Below, in pieces: positions 52,925 through 62,942 of a stretch of DNA of 64,000 nt. Under the pieces are notes generated by a model. It searched no databases and was not told where the DNA came from. It worked only from the letters and a program-made list of their open reading frames with translations. The stretch's first letter is position 1; every line of letters starts with the position of its first letter. Position numbers and translations under genes: made by a program. This stretch comes from Candidatus Doudnabacteria bacterium (lineage in GTDB: Bacteria; Patescibacteriota; Doudnabacteria; UBA920; O2-02-FULL-48-8). The stretch covers positions 85,680 through 149,679 of the forward strand of contig JACPFQ010000001.1 of NCBI GenBank assembly GCA_016182875.1. Reading direction: 5' to 3'.

Positions 52925-52965
52925 TTAGATTGCTTCGTCGCCGTTCGGCTCCTCGCAAATGCGAA
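52925..52965. repeat. Repeat TTAGATTGCTTCGTCGC..CTCCTCGCAAATGCG, copy 2
   Basis: Matches 49541-49580. Confidence 0.5.
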
Positions 52966-52976
52966 AAGTCAAACAA

Positions 52977-53387
52977 TCAAAACTCTGCCTTATCCAAAGC
53001 CTCGTTAACTAGCTTATCCGCTAGTTTGTTTTTTTCCCGGCCAACATGCTTGAATTCCACGCGCAGGAACTTATTTGAAATCTTAAAAACTTCAGCGGCT
53101 AAATTTTTCAGCTCCGGTTCTTTGACTTTATACTTGCCGGTAAGCTGGCGCACCACAAGCTCGGAATCCAAAAAACAAAGCGCTTCTTTGGCGCCCAGCG
53201 CCGCCGCTTCCGTAAGCCCGCGAATCAAGGCTTTGTACTCAGCTTGATTGTTGGTGCCGCTGCCAATATACTCGCCAATTTGCCGCAACGGCCTTTCGCC
53301 CGCGCCATAAATCACCGCGCCAATCGCCGCCGGCCCAGGGTTCCCTCTAGCACCCCCATCGGTGTAAATAACTAATTTTTCAGGCAT
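52977..53387 (-). CDS. rnhA: Ribonuclease HI
   Basis: 'IYTDGGARGNPGPAAIG', 'NNQAEYKAL', 'KHVGREKNKLADKL' (DEDD catalytic residues). Confidence 0.85.
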   Translation of the reverse strand: MPEKLVIYTDGGARGNPGPAAIGAVIYGAGERPLRQIGEYIGSGTNNQAEYKALIRGLTEAAALGAKEALCFLDSELVVRQLTGKYKVKEPELKNLAAEVFKISNKFLRVEFKHVGREKNKLADKLVNEALDKAEF

Positions 53388-53925
53388 TAATTTTAAGATT
53401 AGTGATGAATTCTAATAATTCTGAAACATGTATGAAAGACTTAAATGTCCAGGATTCATCTTTGCTTGCATCTAATTTTTTAAGTAGTTCCAAAGCAACC
53501 CATTTTACCTCGTCCATTTCTTCTTTTTCAAAGCTTAGGCTGTCGACGTCTCCGTCCCAAAAAAATATATAAACATAAATGAACTCTTTGTTTTTATCTT
53601 CATAATAGTGCTTAACCACTTTCCATAGCTTTAAGTCCGGCTCCTCGGCTCTAAGGCCCAATTCTTCGTGCAATTCCATAATCGCTCCTTGGACTGGACT
53701 AATTCCCACAAGAATATGCCCGCCAAAAAAGGCTTCCCACAGGCCGGGGTTATGATCTTTCGAAACCGACCGCTTATTGCACAAGACCTCGTTTTTAGAA
53801 TTCAAGACCCAAACATGGGCGTTGCGATGCCAGACGCCTTCGCTGTGGGCGCGATGCCGCTCCACCGGCTCAATCGGCTGGTTATTTTCATCAACCGCAA
53901 ACAGCAATTCGTTCTTATTTATCAT
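53380..53925 (-). CDS. NUDIX hydrolase (IDI/Nudix-like)
   Basis: Nudix-box-like 'GGHILVGISPVQGAIMELHEELGL'. Confidence 0.6.
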   Translation of the reverse strand: MINKNELLFAVDENNQPIEPVERHRAHSEGVWHRNAHVWVLNSKNEVLCNKRSVSKDHNPGLWEAFFGGHILVGISPVQGAIMELHEELGLRAEEPDLKLWKVVKHYYEDKNKEFIYVYIFFWDGDVDSLSFEKEEMDEVKWVALELLKKLDASKDESWTFKSFIHVSELLEFITNLKINA

Positions 53926-55581
53926 GCTTTCTTAAGTCAATAATTTTTAATTCCAAGCTTTTGCTGCCGTTCCAGGAATTTTCTTCCAGTTCATAGACCG
54001 CATCTATTTTCGTTCCGGGTGGCAGCTTCTCAGACAAAAAACCCTGGCCAAAGGCAATGGCGCCAAAAAATTTATTTCCCATCTTGAGTCTTAGTTTAAG
54101 GTGCTTGTTGCCGTTGCCTACACTCCGCGCTTCCGTGATTTCCATACCGTAGGAAACAAATTTTGGCTTGGGATTCCCCACGCCAAATGGAGCGATGCGC
54201 TGGATATATTCAAAATTATCGAAATTTATATCAGACTCATTAAGCTCCAAATCGACCTCAAGCACAGGCGGCTCAAACTCCATGCTTAGCGTCTCAACAT
54301 AGTCCAAAAGCTTCTGATGAAAGCTCGAAAGATGCTCTGAGGGCAAGGTAAAGCCTGCCGCTTGCATATGCCCTCCATACCGAACCAGTAGTTCCTTGCT
54401 TGAGTTAAGGGCCGCGACCAGGTCAAAATTGCCCACTGACCGGCCAGAACCGGTGGCCAACAGCTCTTCTTTGCGCAAAATCAGGACCGGACGGCCGTAT
54501 TCTTCGGCGAGTCGGCCCGCAACAAGTCCGACCACGCCTTTGGGCCAGTCAGCGCCATACGCCAGCAGAACCTTTTTATCAGAGGCCAGTTCGAGTTGAG
54601 ACCGGGCTTCGCTCAAAACCTGCTCCGTCAACTTTTGGCGGTGCTGGTTTAAATCATTAAGCTCCAAAGCCAAATTTTTGGCTTCAGCTTCATCCTCGGT
54701 AACCAAAAGCTTGAAAGCCAAATCCGCGTGTTTGATTCGGCCGGCGGCATTGATGCGGGGAGCCAAAATAAATCCCAAGGCGTAAGTATCGAGGGCTTTG
54801 CCCTCAAGGCCGGCCAGGGTCATCAATTTTTTCAGGCCAAGCCAGCGCGTCTTGGCCAAAACCTTAAGGCCGAAGCTTACCAAGATTCTGTTTTCACCTA
54901 CGAGATTTTGGCAATCAGCAACTGTGCCAATGGCTAGTAAATCCAAACGCCATTTCTCCCAGCCATTTGGAAATTGGAAATTAGATTAAAGGCCACTCCC
55001 ACTCCAGTCAAAAACGGAAACGAGTAATTGTCATGCGGATTTTTGGGATTGATGACCGCAAGCGCCTCTGGAAGCTCTCCAGTCACCTCGTGATGGTCAG
55101 TCACGATCACGTCCATCCCAAGCTCTTTTGCCAAAGCGACTTCTTCCACGGCATTAGTGCCGCAGTCAACGGTAATCACAAGCTGTCCGCCTCTTTCAGC
55201 GATTAGTTTGATTGCGTCAGCGTTAACGCCGTAGCCTTCGGAAAACCGGTCAGGAATGTAGTAATCAACCACTGCCCCCAGCTTCTTAAGAGCCAAATAA
55301 ACCACTGCCGCGGCAGTGATGGCGTCCGCGTCATAATCCGCGTAAATAAAAATTTTTTCTTTCCGCTCTAAGGCCTGCAAAATCCGCTCAACTGCCATCA
55401 GCATGTCGGCAAACAAAAAAGGATCGTGCAGTTTGCCGAAGTCCGGATTTAAAAAATCGCGTATCGCTTCGGGCTCAGTAAACCCCCGCAACGCTAAAAG
55501 CCTGATAACCAACGGAGGGTATTCCGGCAAAACTTCGGGATTTTTTATTTCCAGGGTTTTAACCCGCCACTGTTTGGACAT
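53915..55581 (-). pseudogene. recJ: Single-stranded-DNA exonuclease RecJ, split by a frameshift into a DHH ORF (54934-55581) and a DHHA1-OB ORF (53915-54946)
   Basis: N-part 'IYADYDADAITAAAV', 'VITVDCG', 'VIVTDHH'. C-part 'LDLLAIGTVADCQNL', 'GGHMQAAGF'. Frames overlap at a (GGAAATT)2 heptamer repeat at 54969-54982, next to a T3/A3 run. Confidence 0.85.
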
Positions 55582-55582
55582 T

Positions 55583-56056
55583 TTACCTAAAAATCTTATT
55601 CGCCCAGGTTAGAAATTCTGCAAGGTTGAAGACAAGTATGCGTTTTTCAGGTGAATCTTGCTCAATATACTTTCTAGTGGCCACGGCGTTTCTCAGCCAT
55701 TGTATGGCTCCTTTTTTGAATCCCGGACCGTCGATAACAATAATCATGTCGTCCTCGGGCACTTGCAAGGCGTTTAGATACAGATAGGCCAGTTTTTCAT
55801 CAACTGAACCTGACCTTTGTTGCCATTTACATTCTATGCGTACCGAAAGCTTATATTTTTTTGATTTCAACAAATATTCAGTATAACCGCCATGTTCATA
55901 AATTGTTCTATACGGCACATGCATTAAAAGCAATTCTGAACCATATTTCTTAGAATTTTTTGCCCAGTCTCTATAAGCAACAACAGTAAAACCCTTGCTT
56001 TCAAGAGTGCCTCGAACTGTTTGCTCAAGAGTTGACCCGCTGGATGTTGTTGTCAT
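55583..56056 (-). CDS. Putative small restriction endonuclease (PD-(D/E)xK-like), partner of the Dam-like methyltransferase
   Basis: 157 aa, 'TEYLL...VRIECKWQQ' is a candidate (D/E)-x-K. Immediately downstream of the MTase in the same orientation (gap 14 nt). Confidence 0.35.
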   Translation of the reverse strand: MTTTSSGSTLEQTVRGTLESKGFTVVAYRDWAKNSKKYGSELLLMHVPYRTIYEHGGYTEYLLKSKKYKLSVRIECKWQQRSGSVDEKLAYLYLNALQVPEDDMIIVIDGPGFKKGAIQWLRNAVATRKYIEQDSPEKRILVFNLAEFLTWANKIFR

Positions 56057-56070
56057 ACGCCGCCTAAATA

Positions 56071-56928
56071 CTAATAATTAGTTATAATTACTTCCTTGAC
56101 TTTACCTCTGCCTTCGCTCTTACAGTTTATCGCTCGGTTTGCATCAACTTCTTTAATTAACTTAGCATATTTGGCATAAAGTCGAAATATCAAAGGCGTG
56201 TGGGAATTTGATACCATAAAATAAACCCCTTTTTCGCTCAACCTGTCGCATAGATCTCTTAGATCAACTTGCATTTTCAAATCGAAATCGTCTTTAAAAT
56301 ATTTTGTGAAAGATGTTCTGTTCAAAGGTATGTAGGGGGGATCAAAATAAATGAAGTCTCCTTTTCTGGCATCCTTTTCGACATCTAAGAAAGACTGGCA
56401 CTTAATTACAATATTGCGTAGCGCCTCATTGGAAGCTCTTAAATTATGTTCATCTATAATATTTGGATTTTGATAGTTGCCGTAAGGAACATTAAAATAA
56501 CCCTTAGAATTGACTCGATAGAGTCCATTGTAGCAAGTTTTGTTTAAATAAATAAATCTTGCAGCTTTTTGCACATTATTCCATTTATTATAGTCCAAAT
56601 TTCTATCAGCATTTCGAATTTTATAAAAATCTTGCTCGGTATTCTTTAGTTTCTTTAGTTCAATAATTAGATCATCAACCTGATCTTTAATAATTTGATA
56701 TACGTTCATCAACTCTGGGTTTATATCAGAGATTGTGCTGAGCTTTGGCTGCAATCTGAAAAACAAAGCCCCGCCCCCAACAAAGGGCTCAAAGTACCTA
56801 TTAAACCATTTGGGAGCATATCTTACCAATTCATCTAAAAGCTGGCGTTTGCCGCCTGCCCACTTCACAAAAGGCTGTACTTTTATTTTAGCGTCTATTT
56901 TCAATGCGAGTTGTTTAATATTATACAC
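56071..56928 (-). CDS. Dam-family N6-adenine DNA methyltransferase
   Basis: 'VKWAGGKRQLL', 'EPFVGGGALFF', and the catalytic 'DPPY'. Confidence 0.85.
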   Translation of the reverse strand: MYNIKQLALKIDAKIKVQPFVKWAGGKRQLLDELVRYAPKWFNRYFEPFVGGGALFFRLQPKLSTISDINPELMNVYQIIKDQVDDLIIELKKLKNTEQDFYKIRNADRNLDYNKWNNVQKAARFIYLNKTCYNGLYRVNSKGYFNVPYGNYQNPNIIDEHNLRASNEALRNIVIKCQSFLDVEKDARKGDFIYFDPPYIPLNRTSFTKYFKDDFDLKMQVDLRDLCDRLSEKGVYFMVSNSHTPLIFRLYAKYAKLIKEVDANRAINCKSEGRGKVKEVIITNY

Positions 56929-57049
56929 CTTTATTTTGACAAATTATTTATTAAAAATCAAAAAAAGCGGCTTTTAAGCCGCCTTTACTTTATAAGATAT
57001 TCACATTATGCATTAATTATATTCCCTTTTTGAAAAAAGTCAATTCTTT

Positions 57050-57487
57050 TCAAATCGTGGTCACGCCCGGCCGATCGTCTTCGTCGGGCTTTACTGAGAG
57101 CGGCCCGTGCGGCTTATCGTCCAGCAGTTCTTTGACTTTAGCCAGGATGTCGTTGGGGCCGTCATAACCTTTGACCATGAAATAAGTTTCCATAAGCTTC
57201 CCGGCTTTCTCCCTGTCCTCGTCGCGTCCTAAGTGGGAAAAAATAATCACCGGCGTTAATGCAGTGGCCGGATTGTTCTTCAGATTTTTTATTAGTTCAA
57301 ATCCATCCATGCGCGGCATGTCAATGCCAGTAAACACCAGGTCAGGACGGTCTGCTGGAGAAATTTTCTGCCAAGCATCCAGGCCGTCAGCAGCGGGTAT
57401 GACCTCAAAGCCGTTACTTCGAAACAGCTCAACGTAAAGGTCTCTTTGTTCTAAATCGTCATCGACGACAAGTATTTTTTTCATCAA
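57050..57487 (-). CDS. Single-domain response regulator (CheY-like receiver)
   Basis: 'ILVVDDD...', phospho-acceptor context 'VFTGIDMPRMDGFELI'. 4-nt overlap with gpmI. Confidence 0.8.
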   Translation of the reverse strand: MMKKILVVDDDLEQRDLYVELFRSNGFEVIPAADGLDAWQKISPADRPDLVFTGIDMPRMDGFELIKNLKNNPATALTPVIIFSHLGRDEDREKAGKLMETYFMVKGYDGPNDILAKVKELLDDKPHGPLSVKPDEDDRPGVTTI

Positions 57488-59070
57488 ATTTGTTTAACCA
57501 ATTGAGGAAGCAGGCTTATGCCTGTCATTTCTTTGGGATTTGGAATTCCCATTAATTCTAGCATGCTTGGAGAGACGTCCGAAAGCACGCCAACAGGGAC
57601 GACACCGGCCAAGGACAGCACACCTCCTTCTTTGGGCGTTTTGCGCTTAAATTGATTCGCCACCAAAATAAACGGGACAGGGTTGGTCGAGTGCTCTTTG
57701 TCTATTCCGCCTGACCGGATGTCCAGCAGCTCCTCAATGTTGCCGTGATCCGCGGTTATGAGAAGGCAAATATCCTCCGCCAAACAAGCATCCGATATTT
57801 TTTTTAGACATTCGTCGATGACTTTGACGGCCAAGATAGACGCCGAGATGTTGCCGGTGTGACCGACCATGTCGGGGTTGGCATAAAAACTGTAGTTGGC
57901 CCGCAGCTGCGAAATAAGCGTATCAGTGACCTTGCGCGCGGACATCTCTGGCACGTCCTGATAATTCTGGTAATTGGAAATCGGCGACGTGACAATCTCG
58001 CGCTCTTCACCAGGGAAAGGATGAATGACGCCGCCATTGAAAAACACCGAGACGTGGGCGTATTTCTCCGATTCAGCTACGTGAAACTGCCGCAAACCCT
58101 GCTTGCTTATCAGCTCGGCAAAGCCATTGTTAATTTCCTGCGGTGGAAACGCAACCTTAACGTTCAAGTCGCGGGAGTATTCGGTCATGGTCACGAACAG
58201 TAAATTTTTAATTTGTTTAATGGGAAATTTGTTGAATCCGGTTTCGGTAAAAGCCCTTGTAATCTGCAAAGCTCGGTCAGGCCGGAAATTAAAATGAATA
58301 ATCGCGTCATTGTCGGAAATCACGGCAGGGGTGTCCGAATTTTTGGCAATTACGGTCGGAGGAATCATTTCGTCAAAAATATGATGAGCATAATTGTCCG
58401 CGACTGCCTGCTGGGCCGATGCCGCTTTCCTGCCTTCGCCAAAAACCATGGCCTTATAAGCTGCCTCGGTCAGATTCCAATGTTCAGCCCGGTCCATGCC
58501 ATAGAATCTGCCGCTGATGGTGGCAATCTTGCCTAAATTGAGATTGACCAGTCTTTTCGCCAGCTTTTCCAGGGTATCCAGCGCGATTTGCGGCGGCGTG
58601 TCGCGTCCGTCGGTAAACATGTGAATATAAACGTTTTTAAGCTTATGCTCGGCCATAAGCCCAAGCAAGGCATAAAGATGCTCATCATAGCTATGCACGC
58701 CGCCCGGACTGACCAATCCCATGAAGTGCAGGTTGGAACTATACTTTTTTGCATGCGCTGCAGCCGCGAGAAATGCTTCGTTCCTAAAAAAACTGCGGTC
58801 CTCGATCGCCAGAGTAATCCGGGAAAGGTCCTGGCCGACAATTCTTCCCGCACCCAGGTTCAAATGGCCCACTTCCGAATTCCCCATTTCGCCCCAGGGC
58901 AAGCCCACGGCCGGACCCGAGGCTTGAAGGGTGGTTGCCGGAAAGTTGTCGATTAGATAATTGATTGTTGCGGGTGCGGCCAGAGTCACCGCGTTGCCGT
59001 GGGAAGCAGTGGCAATGCCAAAACCATCGAGGACCACCAGAAGCAATTTTTTATATGGAGTAAATTGCAT
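57484..59070 (-). CDS. gpmI: 2,3-bisphosphoglycerate-independent phosphoglycerate mutase
   Basis: 'LLLVVLDGFGI', metal-site 'TADHGN', 528 aa. Confidence 0.92.
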   Translation of the reverse strand: MQFTPYKKLLLVVLDGFGIATASHGNAVTLAAPATINYLIDNFPATTLQASGPAVGLPWGEMGNSEVGHLNLGAGRIVGQDLSRITLAIEDRSFFRNEAFLAAAAHAKKYSSNLHFMGLVSPGGVHSYDEHLYALLGLMAEHKLKNVYIHMFTDGRDTPPQIALDTLEKLAKRLVNLNLGKIATISGRFYGMDRAEHWNLTEAAYKAMVFGEGRKAASAQQAVADNYAHHIFDEMIPPTVIAKNSDTPAVISDNDAIIHFNFRPDRALQITRAFTETGFNKFPIKQIKNLLFVTMTEYSRDLNVKVAFPPQEINNGFAELISKQGLRQFHVAESEKYAHVSVFFNGGVIHPFPGEEREIVTSPISNYQNYQDVPEMSARKVTDTLISQLRANYSFYANPDMVGHTGNISASILAVKVIDECLKKISDACLAEDICLLITADHGNIEELLDIRSGGIDKEHSTNPVPFILVANQFKRKTPKEGGVLSLAGVVPVGVLSDVSPSMLELMGIPNPKEMTGISLLPQLVKQI

Positions 59071-59079
59071 TTTGTTCGC

Positions 59080-59134
59080 AATCCTGACGAAAGTCAGGAT
59101 CTCTTCTTGAGATGCTGAATCAAGTTCAGCATTG
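59080..59134. repeat. Double-hairpin repeat with TGAGATGCTGAAT-caag-TTCAGCATT, copy 2
   Basis: ATCCTGAC-gaaa-GTCAGGAT, then the conserved palindrome, then GCGCGATTTATTATTA tail. Compare 40448-40503. Confidence 0.55.
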
Positions 59135-59146
59135 CGCGATTTATTA

Positions 59147-60391
59147 TTAAATTAATTCTTCTTCTATCTTCAGCAGTCGATTCCACTTCGCCACTCGTTC
59201 ACCCCGGGCCACAGATCCGGCTTTAATAAAATCAGCCCCAACCCCCACGGCAAAGTCAGCGATAAAGTCATCGTTGGTTTCTCCGGAGCGATGCGAACAA
59301 ACAATCTTGTAATTATTCTTTTGCGCAAGCACAACCGTGTTCATCGTTTCCGTAATCGTACCAACTTGATTTGGCTTTATGATAATGGCGTTGGCAACTC
59401 CAAGCTCAATCCCCTTTTTCAATCTTTTGGCTTGAGTGACAAATAAGTCATCGCCAACCAGCATGATTTTATCTCCCAGCCGCTTCTGCATGGCCGACCA
59501 CCCTTCCCAGTCGTCCTCATTCAGGCCGTCTTCAATCGAAATAATCGGATATTTCTCTGCCCAATGTCTGTAAAGAGAAACCATCCTTTCGGCGTTTAAG
59601 GCCGTATGGTCGGCGTTTAATATATATTCCTTGTCGCGGCTGTTGAAGAATTGGTTGGCCGCAGCATCCAAGGCCAGCTCCATTTGGGAAGCATGCCGCG
59701 TTTGGCTGACAGCTTCCGCGATCAACCGAAGGGGCTGCTCATTGGACTCCCAGTTGGGAGAATAGCCCCCTTCGTTGCCTAAATCAGTATCAAGTCTATG
59801 AAGCTTGAGCGTCTTTCTCAGGGCCTGGAAGACTTCGCTGGCCGTTTCCAGGTTTTCAGAAAAACTTTGGCCACTTGGCACGAGCATGAATTCCTGGATG
59901 TTGAGGTTGGTATCGCCATGCACGCCGCCGTTTATGACATTAAACATGGGCCGGGGCAATTTATATTTTTTGTTCCTGCGCAAAGAAGCGACATATTCAT
60001 ATACCTCTATGCCTTTGGAGGCGGCCGCAGCTTTACAAACAGCGCCGGACACTCCTATCAAAGCATTGCCTCCCAAATTACTCTTATCCAAAGCGCCGTC
60101 CAGTTCCAAAAGCATTTCATCGACTTTCTTTTGATTGGCAACGTCTGTTCCCTTTAACTTCTTTCCGATTATTTCATTGACGTTTTTAATCGCTTTGGTT
60201 ACTCCTAAGCCAAAAAATTTATCACCGCCGTCACGCAGTTCCACTGCTTCAGCTCTTCCGGTGGAAGCGCCGGACGGCACGCCGAACACTCCGATTCCTT
60301 TCGCAGTCTCTACCACCACTTCCAAAGTCGGGTAGCCTCTCGAGTCCAAAATCTGGCGGGCTTCAACTTTTTTGATGGGGACTCTAGGCAT
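59147..60391 (-). CDS. eno: Enolase
   Basis: 'VPIKKVEARQILDSRGYPTLEVVV'. Start at MPRVPI; the longer ORF with a 61-aa extension is rejected. 8-nt overlap with pgk. Confidence 0.93.
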   Translation of the reverse strand: MPRVPIKKVEARQILDSRGYPTLEVVVETAKGIGVFGVPSGASTGRAEAVELRDGGDKFFGLGVTKAIKNVNEIIGKKLKGTDVANQKKVDEMLLELDGALDKSNLGGNALIGVSGAVCKAAAASKGIEVYEYVASLRRNKKYKLPRPMFNVINGGVHGDTNLNIQEFMLVPSGQSFSENLETASEVFQALRKTLKLHRLDTDLGNEGGYSPNWESNEQPLRLIAEAVSQTRHASQMELALDAAANQFFNSRDKEYILNADHTALNAERMVSLYRHWAEKYPIISIEDGLNEDDWEGWSAMQKRLGDKIMLVGDDLFVTQAKRLKKGIELGVANAIIIKPNQVGTITETMNTVVLAQKNNYKIVCSHRSGETNDDFIADFAVGVGADFIKAGSVARGERVAKWNRLLKIEEELI

Positions 60392-61619
60392 GTGAAATCT
60401 CCAATGCTTTAATCGCAGGCAATTTTTTTCCGGCCAAAAATTCAAGCATGGCCCCGCCGCCGGTGGAAACATGGTCCAAAAATTCCGAAACCTTGGCCTG
60501 ATCCAAAACCTCGACGGTTTCACCGCCGCCGGCAACGCCATAAGCCTTGCCGCGGGCTTGGGAAGCAAAAACATAGGCCAGGCTCCTGCTGCCGAATGAA
60601 AACTTGGGATACTCTATTAAACCCAAAGGCCCGTTCCAAATCAGAGTTTTGGCGGACTTAAGGTATGTTGCGAACTGCCGGATTGTTTCCGGCCCGATAT
60701 CGAGAATCATCTGATTCGACCTGACTTTGGAAACGGGGAGAGCTTCCGCCTGGTCGTTTGGAGATTTCGCGACCACGACATCAACCGGCAGGATGATTTT
60801 TTCCTTGTAATTGCGCTCCAATTCCTTAGCCACCGCGAGGTTGTCAAACTTCGATAAACCAATGTTAAATCCGCGCGCTTTAAGAAAAGAATTGGCCAAT
60901 TCTCCCCCGACCAAAATATAAGAGGCGTGCTGAGCCAGGTTGTGGATCGTTCCGACTTTGTCGGAAATTTTGGCCCCGCCCATCAAAATTACCAGGGGCT
61001 TTTCGGGGTTTCTTAAAACCTTGCTTAAGGAGCTGATTTCTTTGAGGAAGGAAATGCCGGCGTAACTTTTAAGCTTAAGCGCTAGGCCATAGGTTGAAGC
61101 TTCCATTCTGTGACTCATCGAAAACGCTTCGTTTACGAATATCTCGCCGAATGAGGCCAGGGTTTTCACAAACTGCTCGTCATTGTTTTCTTCTCCCGCG
61201 TAGAATCGAATATTTTCCAAAAACAAGATATCACTTGGCTTTATTTTTTTGCTTAAGTCCGAGTAATCTTTTTGCGTGATATCAGTGTCCAAAAAATAAA
61301 TGTGCGGAACATTATAATCCGGAAGTTCGTCAGAAACTTTGACTGTTTTCATGCCCAATAGTTCTCCAAGTTTCTCTGCTGCCGGCCAGAGCGATTTGTC
61401 CATCTGCCAGCCCTCCGGACGATTCAGATGGGAAACAATCACCACTTTTGCGCCCTCTCGAATCAAATGCCTGATCGTCTGTAATGCGTCACGGATTCGT
61501 GCGTCATCAGCCACTTCCAATTTTTCCGTATGGATGTTTTTTTTCAAAGGCACATCAAAACCGACGCGCACAATCACGCGCCGGCCGGAAACTTTTACGC
61601 TTGTTATCGGCTTTATCAT
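60384..61619 (-). CDS. pgk: Phosphoglycerate kinase
   Basis: 'GRRVIVRVGFDVPL', 'VSHLNRPEG', and a C-terminal ATP domain. ATG at 61619 preferred over the TTG at 61640 inside the repeat. Confidence 0.92.
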   Translation of the reverse strand: MIKPITSVKVSGRRVIVRVGFDVPLKKNIHTEKLEVADDARIRDALQTIRHLIREGAKVVIVSHLNRPEGWQMDKSLWPAAEKLGELLGMKTVKVSDELPDYNVPHIYFLDTDITQKDYSDLSKKIKPSDILFLENIRFYAGEENNDEQFVKTLASFGEIFVNEAFSMSHRMEASTYGLALKLKSYAGISFLKEISSLSKVLRNPEKPLVILMGGAKISDKVGTIHNLAQHASYILVGGELANSFLKARGFNIGLSKFDNLAVAKELERNYKEKIILPVDVVVAKSPNDQAEALPVSKVRSNQMILDIGPETIRQFATYLKSAKTLIWNGPLGLIEYPKFSFGSRSLAYVFASQARGKAYGVAGGGETVEVLDQAKVSEFLDHVSTGGGAMLEFLAGKKLPAIKALEISHA

Positions 61620-61622
61620 AAT

Positions 61623-61733
61623 GCAAAAATCAAAGCTCAAAAATCAAAATGTAATTAAAAATGCAAAGAGAATAAAGATACTTTTTTAATTTTACTCTGT
61701 CATTTTGCATTTTGACTTTTGACTTTTGAATTC
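61623..61733. repeat. ~110-bp AT-rich palindromic repeat, copy C, between gap and pgk
   Basis: Near-identical to 34762-34866. Confidence 0.7.
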
Positions 61734-61734
61734 T

Positions 61735-62787
61735 CTATTGCTTGCCTATAAGTATCGCCTGCTCCACAAACCGGTTCGCGTACCCAAATTCATTGTCATA
61801 CCAAGCCACAACCTTGACCAAGTCACCATCTACGACTTGGGTGAGCGACAAATCCACGATGGCGGAATGCGGGTTGCCTATGATGTCCGAAGAAACTATT
61901 GGGTCGATAGTTACCTGCAAAATATTTTGCCACATTGGATGCTTGGCTGCCTCTATAAATGCCTTGTTTATTTCATCCACAGTAACTTTCCTATTTAGAA
62001 GAGCCGTAAAATCCGACAACGAGCCGCAAGAAACAGGCACACGATAAGAAGCGCCGCCGAACTCTCCTTTCAGCTCTGGAATTACTTCGGTCGCCGCGAT
62101 TGAAGCTCCTGTAGATGTTGGGATGATGTTTGCCGCAGCTGCGCGGGCCCGCCGTAAATCGCCCGACTTGCCGCCCGGCGGCGGGCCGTCTACCAAATTC
62201 TGCTCAGCGGTATAGGCGTGAATGGTGGACATCATCATTTTCTTGATCCCAAACTTGGAATGCAGAATTGCCGCGACCGGAGTGATGCAATTCGTGGTGC
62301 AGGAGGCATTCGAAATAATTTGCTGTTTGCCATATTTGTCGTGGTTTACACCGATAATAAATGTGGGTGTATCGTCATGAGCGGGAGCGGAAATAATTAC
62401 TTTTTTGGCGCCGGCGCGAAGATGTGCGCCTGCTTTTTCCGAATCAGTAAATCTCCCCGTGGATTCCAGGACGACATCAACATCCAAGTCCTTCCAGGGC
62501 AAGGCCGCCGGGTCTTTCTCCGCGAACACCGGCACTTTAGTTTTTTCGGCGATCAAAGTTCCGACCGTATAAGAAGATGGGTTAACTTTTTCGTGCTTAT
62601 CTTCAAATGAAACTTTCTTGTCATAAATCCCGTAAACTGAATCATACCGAAGCAGGTGAGCCAACACTTGTGGCTCGGTTAGGTCGTTAATAGCTACGAC
62701 TTCAAGCTCAGGCTTAGTCAGGGCGATTTTAAAAGCCTGCCTCCCGATGCGGCCAAATCCATTGATTGCGACTCGAATCTTATCCAT
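61735..62787 (-). CDS. gap: Glyceraldehyde-3-phosphate dehydrogenase
   Basis: 'RVAINGFGRIGR', active site 'SCTTNC'. Confidence 0.93.
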   Translation of the reverse strand: MDKIRVAINGFGRIGRQAFKIALTKPELEVVAINDLTEPQVLAHLLRYDSVYGIYDKKVSFEDKHEKVNPSSYTVGTLIAEKTKVPVFAEKDPAALPWKDLDVDVVLESTGRFTDSEKAGAHLRAGAKKVIISAPAHDDTPTFIIGVNHDKYGKQQIISNASCTTNCITPVAAILHSKFGIKKMMMSTIHAYTAEQNLVDGPPPGGKSGDLRRARAAAANIIPTSTGASIAATEVIPELKGEFGGASYRVPVSCGSLSDFTALLNRKVTVDEINKAFIEAAKHPMWQNILQVTIDPIVSSDIIGNPHSAIVDLSLTQVVDGDLVKVVAWYDNEFGYANRFVEQAILIGKQ

Positions 62788-62942
62788 TAAACGTAATTAG
62801 AAAACAGGATGGCGACAAACAGCGCCCAAACCAGAAAAATCAAGTATTCTTTTTCGTTTTTGAAATTGAAGCGGCTCAAAAGCCATCCTTCCAAATCGTA
62901 TTTTTTGTGTAGCCAATGTTTTGTCATTTTTCTTCCTTTGTT

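Noticed and set aside
59147-60574. N-terminal extensions of enolase (61 aa), lysS (18 aa), rdgB (16 aa), pgk (7 aa) and rseP (6 aa) given by the longest-ORF track
   Set aside because: The extensions start at TTG or upstream ATG codons, lack homology to the protein families, and in two cases fall inside intergenic repeats. Downstream ATG starts matching the conserved N-termini were chosen.
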